Positions 7,928-16,790 are shown, counted from the first letter of the stretch. The stretch: 24,000 nt of DNA from Candidatus Geocrenenecus arthurdayi (GCA_023539395.1 JAKCEX010000013.1:202-24201); one strand, 5' to 3'. The notes: a model not told the origin generated them from the sequence alone. Made by a program: numbers and translations.

Positions 7928-9451
7928 GTGCTCCATTGGCTTGAGAAGAATCTTATCAAGATACTGAGAAGAATAGATAAACCTCTAAGTTTTGAAGAAG
8001 CTGCAAATCTCCTCAATAGAGATGTTGGAACAGTAGCCAAAACTGTTCAATGGCTTAGAGAGAAAGAGCTCCTTGAAGTAGAAACTAGAACAATCCACTT
8101 TGTTTCACTAGGTCCAGAAGGAGAAGCTTACTCTCTTGAAGGACTTCCTGAGAGGAGGCTAGTAGATCGGCTCTCAGACTTGGGTGGTGTCGTCAACATA
8201 GAGGAATTGAGGAAAAGCTTAGAGGAAAACATCTTCAAGATAGGTTTACTCTGGGCAAAGAAGAATGGATGGATACAAATAGAGGCTAGAAATTCTGAAA
8301 AATTTATTAAGCTTATCTATTATCCTCCAGAAACAAGTGAAGAAAAGATCCTTAAACAATTAAGAGAGAAGAAAACTATCGAGTTTGAAAGCCTTGACGA
8401 AGATTTGAAGAAAGCATGTCTAAATTTAAAGAGTAGACAGTCTGTTATCGAGATTGAAGAAATCAAGAAGTATTATATAAGACTCACTGAGAAAGCTTTA
8501 CGGATCCCACAAGAAGAATTGGAAGTAGAAGAAATTACTAGATTAACTCAAGACATGCTTATATCGGGTTCTTGGAGGCAGTATAGATTTAGTAAATTTA
8601 ACGTTAGTGCTCCATCTAAACCAGTCTACACTGGTAAAAGGCATCCTCTCCAAAGATTGATAAAAATTGTCAAAGAGAAATTTGTTGAAATGGGTTTTGA
8701 GGAAATACGGGGACCAGTTGTCGAGCTTGCATTCTGGAATTTTGATGCTCTATTCCAGCCTCAAGATCATCCTGCAAGAGATATGCATGACACCTTCTAT
8801 CTAGACCAGCCGAGGATTGGTCAGCTACCTGAAAACCTAGTAGAGAAAATAAAGAATGTACATGAAAAAGGAGGTTCAACAGGTTCACTTGGATGGAGAT
8901 ATCTATGGAAGAGGGAAGAAGCTGAGAAACTAGTCCTTAGAACTCATACAACTGCTACCACTATAAGATATCTAGCTGAGCATCCAGACCCGCCTATAAA
9001 AGTATTCTCAGTAGATAGAATATACAGGAATGAGAAAGTAGACTGGAAGCATTTAGCTGAATTCCATCAAATAGAAGGTATAGTAATGGATAAGGGAGTA
9101 TGTTTTAGAGACTTAATTGGGTTGATTAGAGAATTCTATTCCCGTCTAGGTTTAAAAGATGTAAAATTTAGACCTAGCTATTTCCCATATACTGAGCCTT
9201 CAGCTGAAGCTATAGTATATCTTAGAGAAAAGAATACATGGCTTGAGTTAATAGGTATGGGGATCTTTAGACCTGAAGTTACCCAGCCTCTCGGTGTAAA
9301 ATATCCAGTCCTAGCATGGGGTGGTGGTCTTGAGCGCCTTGCACTAGCACTATATGACCTAGAAGATATAAGAACATTCTACTTCAACGATCTTAGATGG
9401 ATTAGAAGTATCTCCAATATTTATCTTGAGAAGAAAATTGGTATGATGTAG
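7928..9451 (+). CDS. pheS: Phenylalanine--tRNA ligase alpha subunit (archaeal type)
   Basis: 507-aa ORF with a GTG start. N-terminal wHTH-like repeats are followed by the class II catalytic core: LRTHTTATTIRYL, FSVDRIYRNE, HQIEG, PYTEPSAE and LAWGGGLERLAL (motif 3). Confidence 0.9.
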   Translation: MLHWLEKNLIKILRRIDKPLSFEEAANLLNRDVGTVAKTVQWLREKELLEVETRTIHFVSLGPEGEAYSLEGLPERRLVDRLSDLGGVVNIEELRKSLEENIFKIGLLWAKKNGWIQIEARNSEKFIKLIYYPPETSEEKILKQLREKKTIEFESLDEDLKKACLNLKSRQSVIEIEEIKKYYIRLTEKALRIPQEELEVEEITRLTQDMLISGSWRQYRFSKFNVSAPSKPVYTGKRHPLQRLIKIVKEKFVEMGFEEIRGPVVELAFWNFDALFQPQDHPARDMHDTFYLDQPRIGQLPENLVEKIKNVHEKGGSTGSLGWRYLWKREEAEKLVLRTHTTATTIRYLAEHPDPPIKVFSVDRIYRNEKVDWKHLAEFHQIEGIVMDKGVCFRDLIGLIREFYSRLGLKDVKFRPSYFPYTEPSAEAIVYLREKNTWLELIGMGIFRPEVTQPLGVKYPVLAWGGGLERLALALYDLEDIRTFYFNDLRWIRSISNIYLEKKIGMM

Positions 9452-9481
9452 AGGTATGATAGACTAACGTGTCCGACATCC

Positions 9482-10072
9482 TTACTCTACGAATGCATAG
9501 GGTGGAGGGAGAGTCTTTAAACCAGTAATCCATTCTATGAATTTCCTTGCTGCTTTACCCCTATGTGAAATCTTATTCTTTTCATGCACCTCCATTTCTG
9601 CGAATGTTCTTCCATCTCCTTCTTCTGGTATAAAGATGGGATCAAATCCAAAACCACTAGTACCTCTGGGTTCGTAAGATATCTCACCACCAGCTTCTCC
9701 AGAGAATAGTTTAACCCCAGTATATGGTGAGTAAAATGCAATTACAGAATGAAAGATTGCTGATCTATTTGTTATATTGCTCATTAATTTTAAGATACCA
9801 TCCACCCCTATCGTTCTGTATACATAGGAAGAGTATGGCCCTGGGAAACCGTTAAGAGACCTAATGAAGAGACCAGCATCTTCAACTAGTACAGGTTCCC
9901 TCAGAATATTATATGCATAGATTACGCTCTCCCTCGCTATCTCTTTAAGATCCGTTGACTGTATTTCCTTAGTCTTCAAAAGCTCTACTCTATATTTTAG
10001 ATTAGACTGTTTAAAGATGGCTTCAAATTCTTTTATCTTACTTTTATTTGTCGTAGCAAGCGTAAACCTCAT
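9482..10072 (-). CDS. Non-canonical purine NTP pyrophosphatase (Ham1/RdgB/ITPase family)
   Basis: 196-aa ORF with LATTNKSKIKEF, GFPGPYS, GFGFDPIF and SHRGKA motifs. Its ATG (10072..10070) overlaps the bud32 stop (10071..10069) as ATGA. Confidence 0.88.
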   Translation of the reverse strand: MRFTLATTNKSKIKEFEAIFKQSNLKYRVELLKTKEIQSTDLKEIARESVIYAYNILREPVLVEDAGLFIRSLNGFPGPYSSYVYRTIGVDGILKLMSNITNRSAIFHSVIAFYSPYTGVKLFSGEAGGEISYEPRGTSGFGFDPIFIPEEGDGRTFAEMEVHEKNKISHRGKAARKFIEWITGLKTLPPPYAFVE

Positions 10073-10713
10073 TTCCTCCTCTCCTCCACATACCTACCTC
10101 TCATCCTTATTTCTCTTATCTTGGATATTAGATCCCTTGTAAAGTTTTCCCCCATTATCTCTGCATATCCTCGAAGAAAGCTATTCATAAATACCTCTCT
10201 TACACTGAAGTGCCCGCTCTCTAGGCTTCTATCTAGTAGATGAATATCTACTGCGAGATCTTCAAGTTCGTTTGTAAATATACTTAGTCCAAAATCTACA
10301 AAGTATAGTTTACCTGAACTATCTATCAAGATATTCGATGTTGTCAAGTCGCCATGCGTAATTCCTAATTTATGCATTTTTCCAACTAACCTTCCTAGAG
10401 AATATGAAACGTTGATTATCTCTTCTTCTCCTTTCCCATTAAGCCATCTTCGAAGCTCTACCCCATTAATATACTGCATATAGATAGTTGCCTCCTCTCT
10501 ATCGATTAATAATACTGCGGGGCATGGAATCCCAGCTCTCTTTAAGCTTAAAATCACCTTAACTTCATGTATCATCCTAGATTCTCTAACCTTTCTATCA
10601 AGCTCGGGAATCCTATATGGTTTAGGGACTCTATGCTTTGAAACAACCTCGAACCCCATAAAACTAAATTTTGAAATAACAGCTTCAGCACCAACCCTAA
10701 TAATATCACTCAT
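10069..10713 (-). CDS. bud32: KEOPS-complex kinase/ATPase Bud32 (Kae1-associated kinase)
   Basis: 214-aa minimal atypical kinase. It has an N-lobe with a conserved Lys context, the catalytic loop THGDLTTSNILI and YFVDFGLS (DFG). The size and motif order match archaeal Bud32/PRPK. Confidence 0.85.
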   Translation of the reverse strand: MSDIIRVGAEAVISKFSFMGFEVVSKHRVPKPYRIPELDRKVRESRMIHEVKVILSLKRAGIPCPAVLLIDREEATIYMQYINGVELRRWLNGKGEEEIINVSYSLGRLVGKMHKLGITHGDLTTSNILIDSSGKLYFVDFGLSIFTNELEDLAVDIHLLDRSLESGHFSVREVFMNSFLRGYAEIMGENFTRDLISKIREIRMRGRYVEERRK

Positions 10714-10983
10714 ACCCTACTACACGATTTCCTAGAAGCGGGTAAAAAACATGTATGAAGATCCAGCTAATCCCGAATAATCTATACTGCCAGAGTTAAA
10801 GAGTTCATAGGAGAGCTTGAAAGATTTAAGATACATGCTTTAAGGTATGTTAATAGGATAGCAAATAAGTTATACAAAGACGCAGAGAGATAGTATTCTA
10901 TACGCATAACTCATATCATACAGAGTAGGAAAAAGAACTCCAACCTCTTCCAAGTTACTTCATACATACTCTACTAATAGAAG

Positions 10984-11056
10984 AGCCCGGGGAGGGATTT
11001 GAACCCCCGTGTAGCGGGTCTGCAGCCCGCCGCCTAAACCACTCGGCCACCCGGGC
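10984..11056 (-). tRNA. tRNA-Cys (anticodon GCA), 73 nt, no intron, CCA not encoded
   Basis: Folded by hand from the reverse complement GCCCGGGTGGCCGAGTGGTTTAGGCGGCGGGCTGCAGACCCGCTACACGGGGGTTCAAATCCCTCCCCGGGCT. The acceptor stem is 7 bp, all G-C. The anticodon stem is GCGGG/CCCGC with loop CUGCAGA (anticodon GCA). The variable loop is 5 nt, and the T arm is GGGGG-TTCAAAT-CCCTC. The discriminator is U73, the known CysRS identity element. Confidence 0.92.
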
Positions 11057-11210
11057 GAGACCTATGTTTCTCCGACTATTGAATTATTAGAGGCTATTTA
11101 AAAATCTTAGTGCTGACTTGCTTATTGGAGAGGTATTTTTATTGGTATATCTTTGAAGATTATTTAAAGAGTAGGCTACTTGCTAAATTATCGGTTACGG
11201 TGAGACTGGA

Positions 11211-11984
11211 TTGAGTCTTATGAGGAGGAGAAGTGTTATTAATTTATTAAAGTCTAGGAGGAGTATTAGGATCTTTAAGCCTGTTAGTTTACCTGATGAA
11301 ATCGTTAAGTTACTTATAGAGGTTGGTGTGAGAGCTCCACCATTCTATCAATTGTATTCATTCATCTGGGTTAAAAGCTTCGAGAAAAGAGAGAAGCTAG
11401 CTGAATTATGTAGAGTTGAGGCTGTAAAGAATGCATCAGTAATCTTATTGGCATGTGGAGACCTAAGAAGATTCTCTAGGATGCTGGACATGCTAGAGCA
11501 TAAGCATATTCTATCTTCAGATAAGCATCCAGTTGAGACTATAATCAGTATATTCGAAACTGCATTAGCTGTAGAGAATATCATTATTGCTGCAGAATCT
11601 CTAGGTCTAGGTTCAGTTATACTTGATTGCCCCCTACTCTATGCCCAAAGTATTGCAGAATTATTCCAGCTTCCCAGAGGCGTTGTTCCACTTGCATTGA
11701 TATGTATTGGTGTTAGAGGGGAATCTCCACCATTAAGACCGAGGCTCCCATTAAACATTGTCTTACATGAAGATACATATAGAGAGCCGGCCGATGAAGA
11801 ATTAAAGAACTTCATGTCCCTTCTTGATAAGCATATGGAGTATGAAAACTACGTTAAGAAATACACTGGTAAAGATATTAAATTTGTAGATTACATTAAA
11901 GCAAAAACAGAGTTAACTAAAGAGATAGAGAAGGAGAATGAAACCCTTATCAAGTATCTTAGAGACAACATGTTCAGAATTTAG
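11211..11984 (+). CDS. Nitroreductase-family flavoprotein with an extra ~65-aa C-terminal helical extension
   Basis: 257-aa ORF with LLKSRRSIRIFK (the typical RRS.R.F opening of the nitroreductase fold), AESLGLGSV and a PLALICIG core. The track start at 11211 is TTG; an ATG follows at 11220. The substrate is unknown. Confidence 0.7.
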   Translation: MSLMRRRSVINLLKSRRSIRIFKPVSLPDEIVKLLIEVGVRAPPFYQLYSFIWVKSFEKREKLAELCRVEAVKNASVILLACGDLRRFSRMLDMLEHKHILSSDKHPVETIISIFETALAVENIIIAAESLGLGSVILDCPLLYAQSIAELFQLPRGVVPLALICIGVRGESPPLRPRLPLNIVLHEDTYREPADEELKNFMSLLDKHMEYENYVKKYTGKDIKFVDYIKAKTELTKEIEKENETLIKYLRDNMFRI

Positions 11985-11991
11985 TGAGTAA

Positions 11992-12003
11992 CATATTTAA
12001 TTA
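11992..12003 (+). promoter_or_regulatory. TATA-like box for the prenyl synthase gene (catatttaatta)
   Basis: Centred about 28 nt upstream of ATG 12026 (MAGAEINIL...). This favours that ATG over the TTG at 12008 used in the track. Confidence 0.35.
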
Positions 12004-12025
12004 AGGCTTGTTAAATAGAAGTAGT

Positions 12026-13096
12026 ATGGCAGGAGCGGAAATCAACATACTAGATATTTTAGAAGAGTATGGTAGGAGGATTACAGCAGAGATAGAGAAG
12101 TTTATCCCTAGAAGAGTTGATGAAGAATCTCTATCTAAGTTGATAGGTAAACCATTCTTCAAGTATGAGCCAGAATCAATAAACAAATCAGTATTGGAGC
12201 CTTTCTGGGATTTAATGAGTAGAGGTGGAAAAAGGTGGAGACCTGCACTAATGGTTATGGTTTATGAAGCCCTAGGTGGGAAGATAGAAGATATCCTACC
12301 ACTAACAATCATACCAGAGGTTATACATAATGGGACACTAGTAGTAGATGATGTTGAAGATGAAAGTGATTATAGGAGGGGGAAACCCTGTATCCATAAG
12401 ATTTACGGTGTAGACATAGCGATAAACATGGGTAACACAATGTATTTTCTTCCACTACTAATAATCTCAAAGATTAACCTACCGGATGACAAGAAGTTTA
12501 GGATACTTGATGAATATGTTAAGACGATGGTAGAATTGAGTATTGGGCAGGCGATGGACATTGCATGGCATAAAGGATTAGTCAATGACATAACGGAAGA
12601 ACAATATATGCAGATGACGTTATTGAAGACTGGAGCATTAGCAAGATTCTCTGTCAAGATAGCTTGTATAATGGCTGATGCATCTAGGGAAATTGAAGAA
12701 AAAATCTCAAGATTCTCTGAATCACTAGCAGTAGCTTTCCAAATCCAAGATGATATATTGAATATAATTGGTGAAGAATCAAAATATGGAAAAGAGATTG
12801 GAGGAGATATAAAAGAAGGGAAGAGGACACTCTTAGTAATTAAAGCTCTAGAAAACCTACCACCTCATAAAGCTGAACGCTTAAGAGAAATACTAAAAAT
12901 GAGAACGAGTAATGAAAACTTGATTAAAGAAGCAGTAAATCTCCTTAAAGAATCTAGGTCAATAGATTATGCTAGAAGAACTTGTATTGAACTCTTATCA
13001 AAAGCATGGAATGACTTAGATAAGGTTTTACCAAGTTCCCAAGCTAAGGAGAAGCTAAAAGCTTTAGCAAACTTCTTGATTTTCAGAGAATTCTAG
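12026..13096 (+). CDS. trans-Polyprenyl diphosphate synthase, most likely geranylgeranyl diphosphate synthase
   Basis: Track ORF 12008..13096. First Asp-rich motif is DDVED (12347..12361) within IHNGTLVVDDVEDESDYRRGKP. Second Asp-rich motif is QIQDDILN, with GQAMDI, KTGAL and KEGKRT also present. The product chain length cannot be read from the sequence with certainty. Confidence 0.85.
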   Translation: MAGAEINILDILEEYGRRITAEIEKFIPRRVDEESLSKLIGKPFFKYEPESINKSVLEPFWDLMSRGGKRWRPALMVMVYEALGGKIEDILPLTIIPEVIHNGTLVVDDVEDESDYRRGKPCIHKIYGVDIAINMGNTMYFLPLLIISKINLPDDKKFRILDEYVKTMVELSIGQAMDIAWHKGLVNDITEEQYMQMTLLKTGALARFSVKIACIMADASREIEEKISRFSESLAVAFQIQDDILNIIGEESKYGKEIGGDIKEGKRTLLVIKALENLPPHKAERLREILKMRTSNENLIKEAVNLLKESRSIDYARRTCIELLSKAWNDLDKVLPSSQAKEKLKALANFLIFREF

Positions 13097-13260
13097 TGCT
13101 TATAGTGAAGTTATAAGATGTCCTCTACTCTCATCTCTAAACTAATTTTCATACTTACAGTACAGTATGTTCTTAGAATGATCCTAGATTTCAATTCTAT
13201 CGGAAATAAAAATATGGAGTTCTATGAATAATGTAGCCTAGGTTATGTTAGGTTAGCCAT

Positions 13261-14367
13261 TCATAGGTATAATCTTCTCTCAAGATCTACTAATCTTCTA
13301 AATGCTTTGAGCTTTTCTTCTCTCTCTATACTAGCCGATTCCAGCATCGATCTTAGAAATCTTATTGATTCATCCATTCTTCTTCTCGAAATAGGATAGG
13401 GTACACCATCTTTTCCACCATGAGCAAATGTGAATTTTATGGGGTCTCTCCAATCTATTTGTACCCCATAGATTAATGTAGAGATTAGAGCTAAAGCTCT
13501 TAGGGTTGATGGTCCTATTCCTTCTATCTGGAGCAGTTCTTCATATCTGCTTGGTCTTATATCGTATGCTTTCCTAATTGCTTTCCAGTTTATCTTTCTA
13601 GGCATATCGAGATGTGGGGGGAGCTGAACTTCAAAATCGGTATCTATCCATCTCGTTAATGTTTCCTGCTTATTTAGTGAGAGATTTATTAATCTAACTA
13701 GTTTTGATGGATTCTCTGAGATTAAGTCTACTGAGATTTTTCTAGCTTCTCTACTCTTCCTGGATGTTAAGTTAAGGACTATTTCTTCTACTCTATCGCC
13801 AGCTATCCCACTATGTGGTTCTTCTACGAAGCTTACTATATTTTCACTTATCCAATGATATCTTCTAGCATACTTACTTGGTAGATTCATTCCTTGCTGA
13901 ACTACAGCCCAGTCTCCATTTTCAGTGAATATTATAGTGTGGTGGTATATATTGTATCCATCTTGGAGAACAGCATTATCTACTTTTGCTGAGAGTTTAC
14001 TAGCTTTAATCAGCTTAATCTTTAATTCCTCAGAGATGTCAACTTTGTGGATCAATTGTGGAGTCCTTATACCCATTGCTCCTTTACCTCCGATAACAGC
14101 GATTCCATGAGTATTCAGCTTAACTGATTCTCTAAGTGCACCGGTAACTACTGTTGTTAGACCACTGGAGTGCCAATCAAAGCCTAACACGCATCCAAAT
14201 GCTTGAAACCAGTAGGGGTCTCCGATTCTCCTTAATACTTCCCGTCTTCCAAGTTCTTCTACCATAACCTTTATTATTGCATCTGCAAGATTCTTCATTC
14301 TATCCATTAGCCATGGAGGTACATGACCAGTATGTAGAGGGAGGTCAGCTGTTCCACTAATACTCAA
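13261..14367 (-). CDS. Conserved protein of unknown function, DUF763 family, with a C-terminal helix-hairpin-helix
   Basis: 368-aa ORF with a TTG start preceded by GGAG. The N-terminal signature ADLPLHTGHVPPWL...DPYWFQAFGCVLGFDWHSSG is what I recall for DUF763/COG1415. An HhH motif, LLQIEGIGPSTLRALAL, lies at 13486..13536. Confidence 0.65.
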   Translation of the reverse strand: MSISGTADLPLHTGHVPPWLMDRMKNLADAIIKVMVEELGRREVLRRIGDPYWFQAFGCVLGFDWHSSGLTTVVTGALRESVKLNTHGIAVIGGKGAMGIRTPQLIHKVDISEELKIKLIKASKLSAKVDNAVLQDGYNIYHHTIIFTENGDWAVVQQGMNLPSKYARRYHWISENIVSFVEEPHSGIAGDRVEEIVLNLTSRKSREARKISVDLISENPSKLVRLINLSLNKQETLTRWIDTDFEVQLPPHLDMPRKINWKAIRKAYDIRPSRYEELLQIEGIGPSTLRALALISTLIYGVQIDWRDPIKFTFAHGGKDGVPYPISRRRMDESIRFLRSMLESASIEREEKLKAFRRLVDLERRLYL

Positions 14368-14512
14368 TCTACTCCTATGTATTAGATAGTCATGGTGTAG
14401 TTAATTTTTACCTTTATATGCTTTCTACGTTTAATGCATAGAGCTTATCTTAATGTTGAAGTATTATGATTTATTTGTTAAAGGACGTGGAAGAATTAGG
14501 GGGTGTTAACCT

Positions 14513-16741
14513 ATGCAGGAGGATGTTCTGATAGTTACTACACTGTCTATACTAGCGGGTATAGTAGGAGTCTTCATAGCAGTTTTCCTATACTATCTTG
14601 TTCAAAGGTATCCGAAAGGTTCAAGAGAGATGCTTGAGGTCTGGAATGCCATTAGAGAAGGGGCTAAAGCATATATGTCTAAGCAGGTTAAGACTATAAT
14701 GTCTTTTACACTCGGCTTATCTATTACTGTTCTAGTAATGATATATTCTATCTATACACTCACTATGAATATACCTTACGATATAGCTTTGAAGGAAGCA
14801 ATGCTTACAGCAGTATCAGTCCTCGTGGGTGGAGCATCATCTATAGCTGCAGCCTTCTTCAGCATGGATGCATCAACAAGAACAAACGTAAGAGTAACAG
14901 AAGCAGGTAAGAAAAGCGGATTAGAAGCATTGAAGGTATCCGTTCTCGGCGGAGGGGTCTTAGGATTCTCTGTTTATAGTCTCAGTCTACTCGGACTCTC
15001 CATACTATTCCTATTATACAGCTTGATGACAAGCGGTCTCACAGAAGAAGTCGAGTTTAGAATGGCGTTAGATGCATTAGCAGGATTTGCATTTGGTGCA
15101 AGTCTCTCAGCATTATTTGCTCAACTTGGTGGAGGCATCTACACTAAAGCTGCCGATATAGGTGCAGACCTTGTTGGAAAAATTGAAGCAGGGATCCCTG
15201 AAGATGATCCTAGAAACCCTGCTGTTATAGCTGATCAAGTAGGAGATAATGTAGGAGACTGTGCAGGTAGGGGTGCAGACATATTTGAATCTGTTACTGC
15301 GGAAACACTAGGTGGAATGATTATTGGTTGGGTGCTGTATGTATTAACTAGCCAGCCATTATTCATGGTTCTTCCACTTGCTATAGGTGCTGTTGGAGTA
15401 ATCTCTACGATAGCAGGATTAGCTGGAATACTCTCATACCGTAGGTTTAGAGAAGCATTTGAACCATTCGCATTCGGTATAGTCGTTTCAGCAATAATCT
15501 CAATACTGACATATGCTCTCGTAGTCTACTTGCTGTTCCCTCTCCAATGGTTGTACATGCTTGCAGCTGGAACAGCTGGGATAATGGGGGCCACACTCGT
15601 AGTACTCTCAACTAATAGATATACTGGAATGAAGTCTAAGCTAGTTCAAGAAGTTGCTATAGCAGCTCAGAGTGGCCCAGCTATAAACATCTTATCAGGG
15701 CTTTCAGTTGGGTTGAGAGCTGTAGCAGAACCAATTATAATAATAACTGTAGCTTTAGGGTTAGCATTCTATGCTGGAAAGAGTATGCCTTTACCTGGGG
15801 TAGCTGACGGCTGGTTGATAGATTTTATTAAGGGGGTTTTCGGTACAGCTTTAGCTACTAGAGGTATGCTATCTCTTGCTGGAACTATTATGACTCTTGA
15901 TGGTGCTGGGCCAATTGCAGATAATGCTGGAGGTATAGCTGAAATGGCTAGACTCGAAGAGAAGGTTAGAGCTAATCTGGATCCTCTAGATGCTGTAGGA
16001 AATACTACTAAAGCTTTAACTAAAGGTTACGCAATGGCTTCTGCAACTATTGCTACTCTATTATTATTCCAAGCATTCATCCAAGATTATGTTGCTCGGC
16101 AGGTTGGAATACTTGAATTAAATACTTCCACTCTACTACAAGCTATGGGTAGATTCATAGACTACATAATCCTATTAAAGCCAGATATCATAATATCAGT
16201 TCTCGTAGGTGCATTGCTTCCATACTTATTTTCAGGGATTGCATTGAAAGCTGTATCAAGAGCTGCCTTCCAGATGGTTGAAGAAGTTAGAAGACAGTTC
16301 AGGGAGATACCTGGTCTCCTAGATGGAAACGCTAAGCCTGATTATTATCGCGCTGTCTCAATAAGTACTGAATATGCATTAAAGAGCATGGCCGGTCCAG
16401 CCCTCCTAATAATTATAACACCCTTGATAATTGGTGTCCTGTTCGGTGGACCTGGTGTAGGTGCTCTAGTAATAGGTGCCACAGCCTCAACCATACCTCT
16501 AGCTATAATGATGATGTGGGGTGGAGCTACATGGGATAATGCTAAGAAATTCATTGAAGCAGGAAATCTTGGAGGTAAACGTTCATCTACACATCAAGCT
16601 GCAGTTGTAGGTGATACTGTAGGTGATCCACTTAAAGATACAGTTGGACCTTCACTACATATACTGATTAAGCTACTAAACACAATCTCGCTTGTATTCA
16701 TTCCACTATACTTCCTATGGATACTACACGCTGTTATATGA
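14513..16741 (+). CDS. hppA: Membrane-integral H+-translocating inorganic pyrophosphatase (K+-independent signature)
   Basis: 742-aa polytopic ORF with the diagnostic motifs KAADIGADLVGKIEAGIPEDDPRNPAVIADQVGDNVGDCAGRGADIFES, GNTTKALTKGYA and VGDTVGDPLKDT. A GGGGGT Shine-Dalgarno-like element lies 8 nt upstream of the ATG. Confidence 0.95.
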   Translation: MQEDVLIVTTLSILAGIVGVFIAVFLYYLVQRYPKGSREMLEVWNAIREGAKAYMSKQVKTIMSFTLGLSITVLVMIYSIYTLTMNIPYDIALKEAMLTAVSVLVGGASSIAAAFFSMDASTRTNVRVTEAGKKSGLEALKVSVLGGGVLGFSVYSLSLLGLSILFLLYSLMTSGLTEEVEFRMALDALAGFAFGASLSALFAQLGGGIYTKAADIGADLVGKIEAGIPEDDPRNPAVIADQVGDNVGDCAGRGADIFESVTAETLGGMIIGWVLYVLTSQPLFMVLPLAIGAVGVISTIAGLAGILSYRRFREAFEPFAFGIVVSAIISILTYALVVYLLFPLQWLYMLAAGTAGIMGATLVVLSTNRYTGMKSKLVQEVAIAAQSGPAINILSGLSVGLRAVAEPIIIITVALGLAFYAGKSMPLPGVADGWLIDFIKGVFGTALATRGMLSLAGTIMTLDGAGPIADNAGGIAEMARLEEKVRANLDPLDAVGNTTKALTKGYAMASATIATLLLFQAFIQDYVARQVGILELNTSTLLQAMGRFIDYIILLKPDIIISVLVGALLPYLFSGIALKAVSRAAFQMVEEVRRQFREIPGLLDGNAKPDYYRAVSISTEYALKSMAGPALLIIITPLIIGVLFGGPGVGALVIGATASTIPLAIMMMWGGATWDNAKKFIEAGNLGGKRSSTHQAAVVGDTVGDPLKDTVGPSLHILIKLLNTISLVFIPLYFLWILHAVI

Positions 16742-16790
16742 CCTGCCTAGACATATCCAAGTACTTTTCCTACATATACCTTGGAAACAC

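Noticed and set aside
7855-8040. 61-aa minus-strand ORF overlapping the pheS start
   Set aside because: It is antisense to the well-supported pheS N-terminus, with no promoter-like element and no recognisable motif.
10782-10907. 41-codon minus-strand ORF (MRIEYYLSASLYNLFAILLTYLKACILNLSSSPMNSLTLAV) in the tRNA-Cys/bud32 spacer
   Set aside because: It is short, with no TATA or SD geometry and a composition typical of random AT-rich sequence. It cannot be supported without conservation or expression data.
10984-11210. tRNA-Cys as an integration site for a mobile element
   Set aside because: The window holds no integrase, no viral or plasmid genes and no visible duplicate of the tRNA 3' half. 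The flanking genes are housekeeping.
12001-12186. 61-aa minus-strand ORF overlapping the 5' end of the prenyl synthase gene
   Set aside because: It is antisense to a supported CDS and its promoter, and the peptide is low-complexity.
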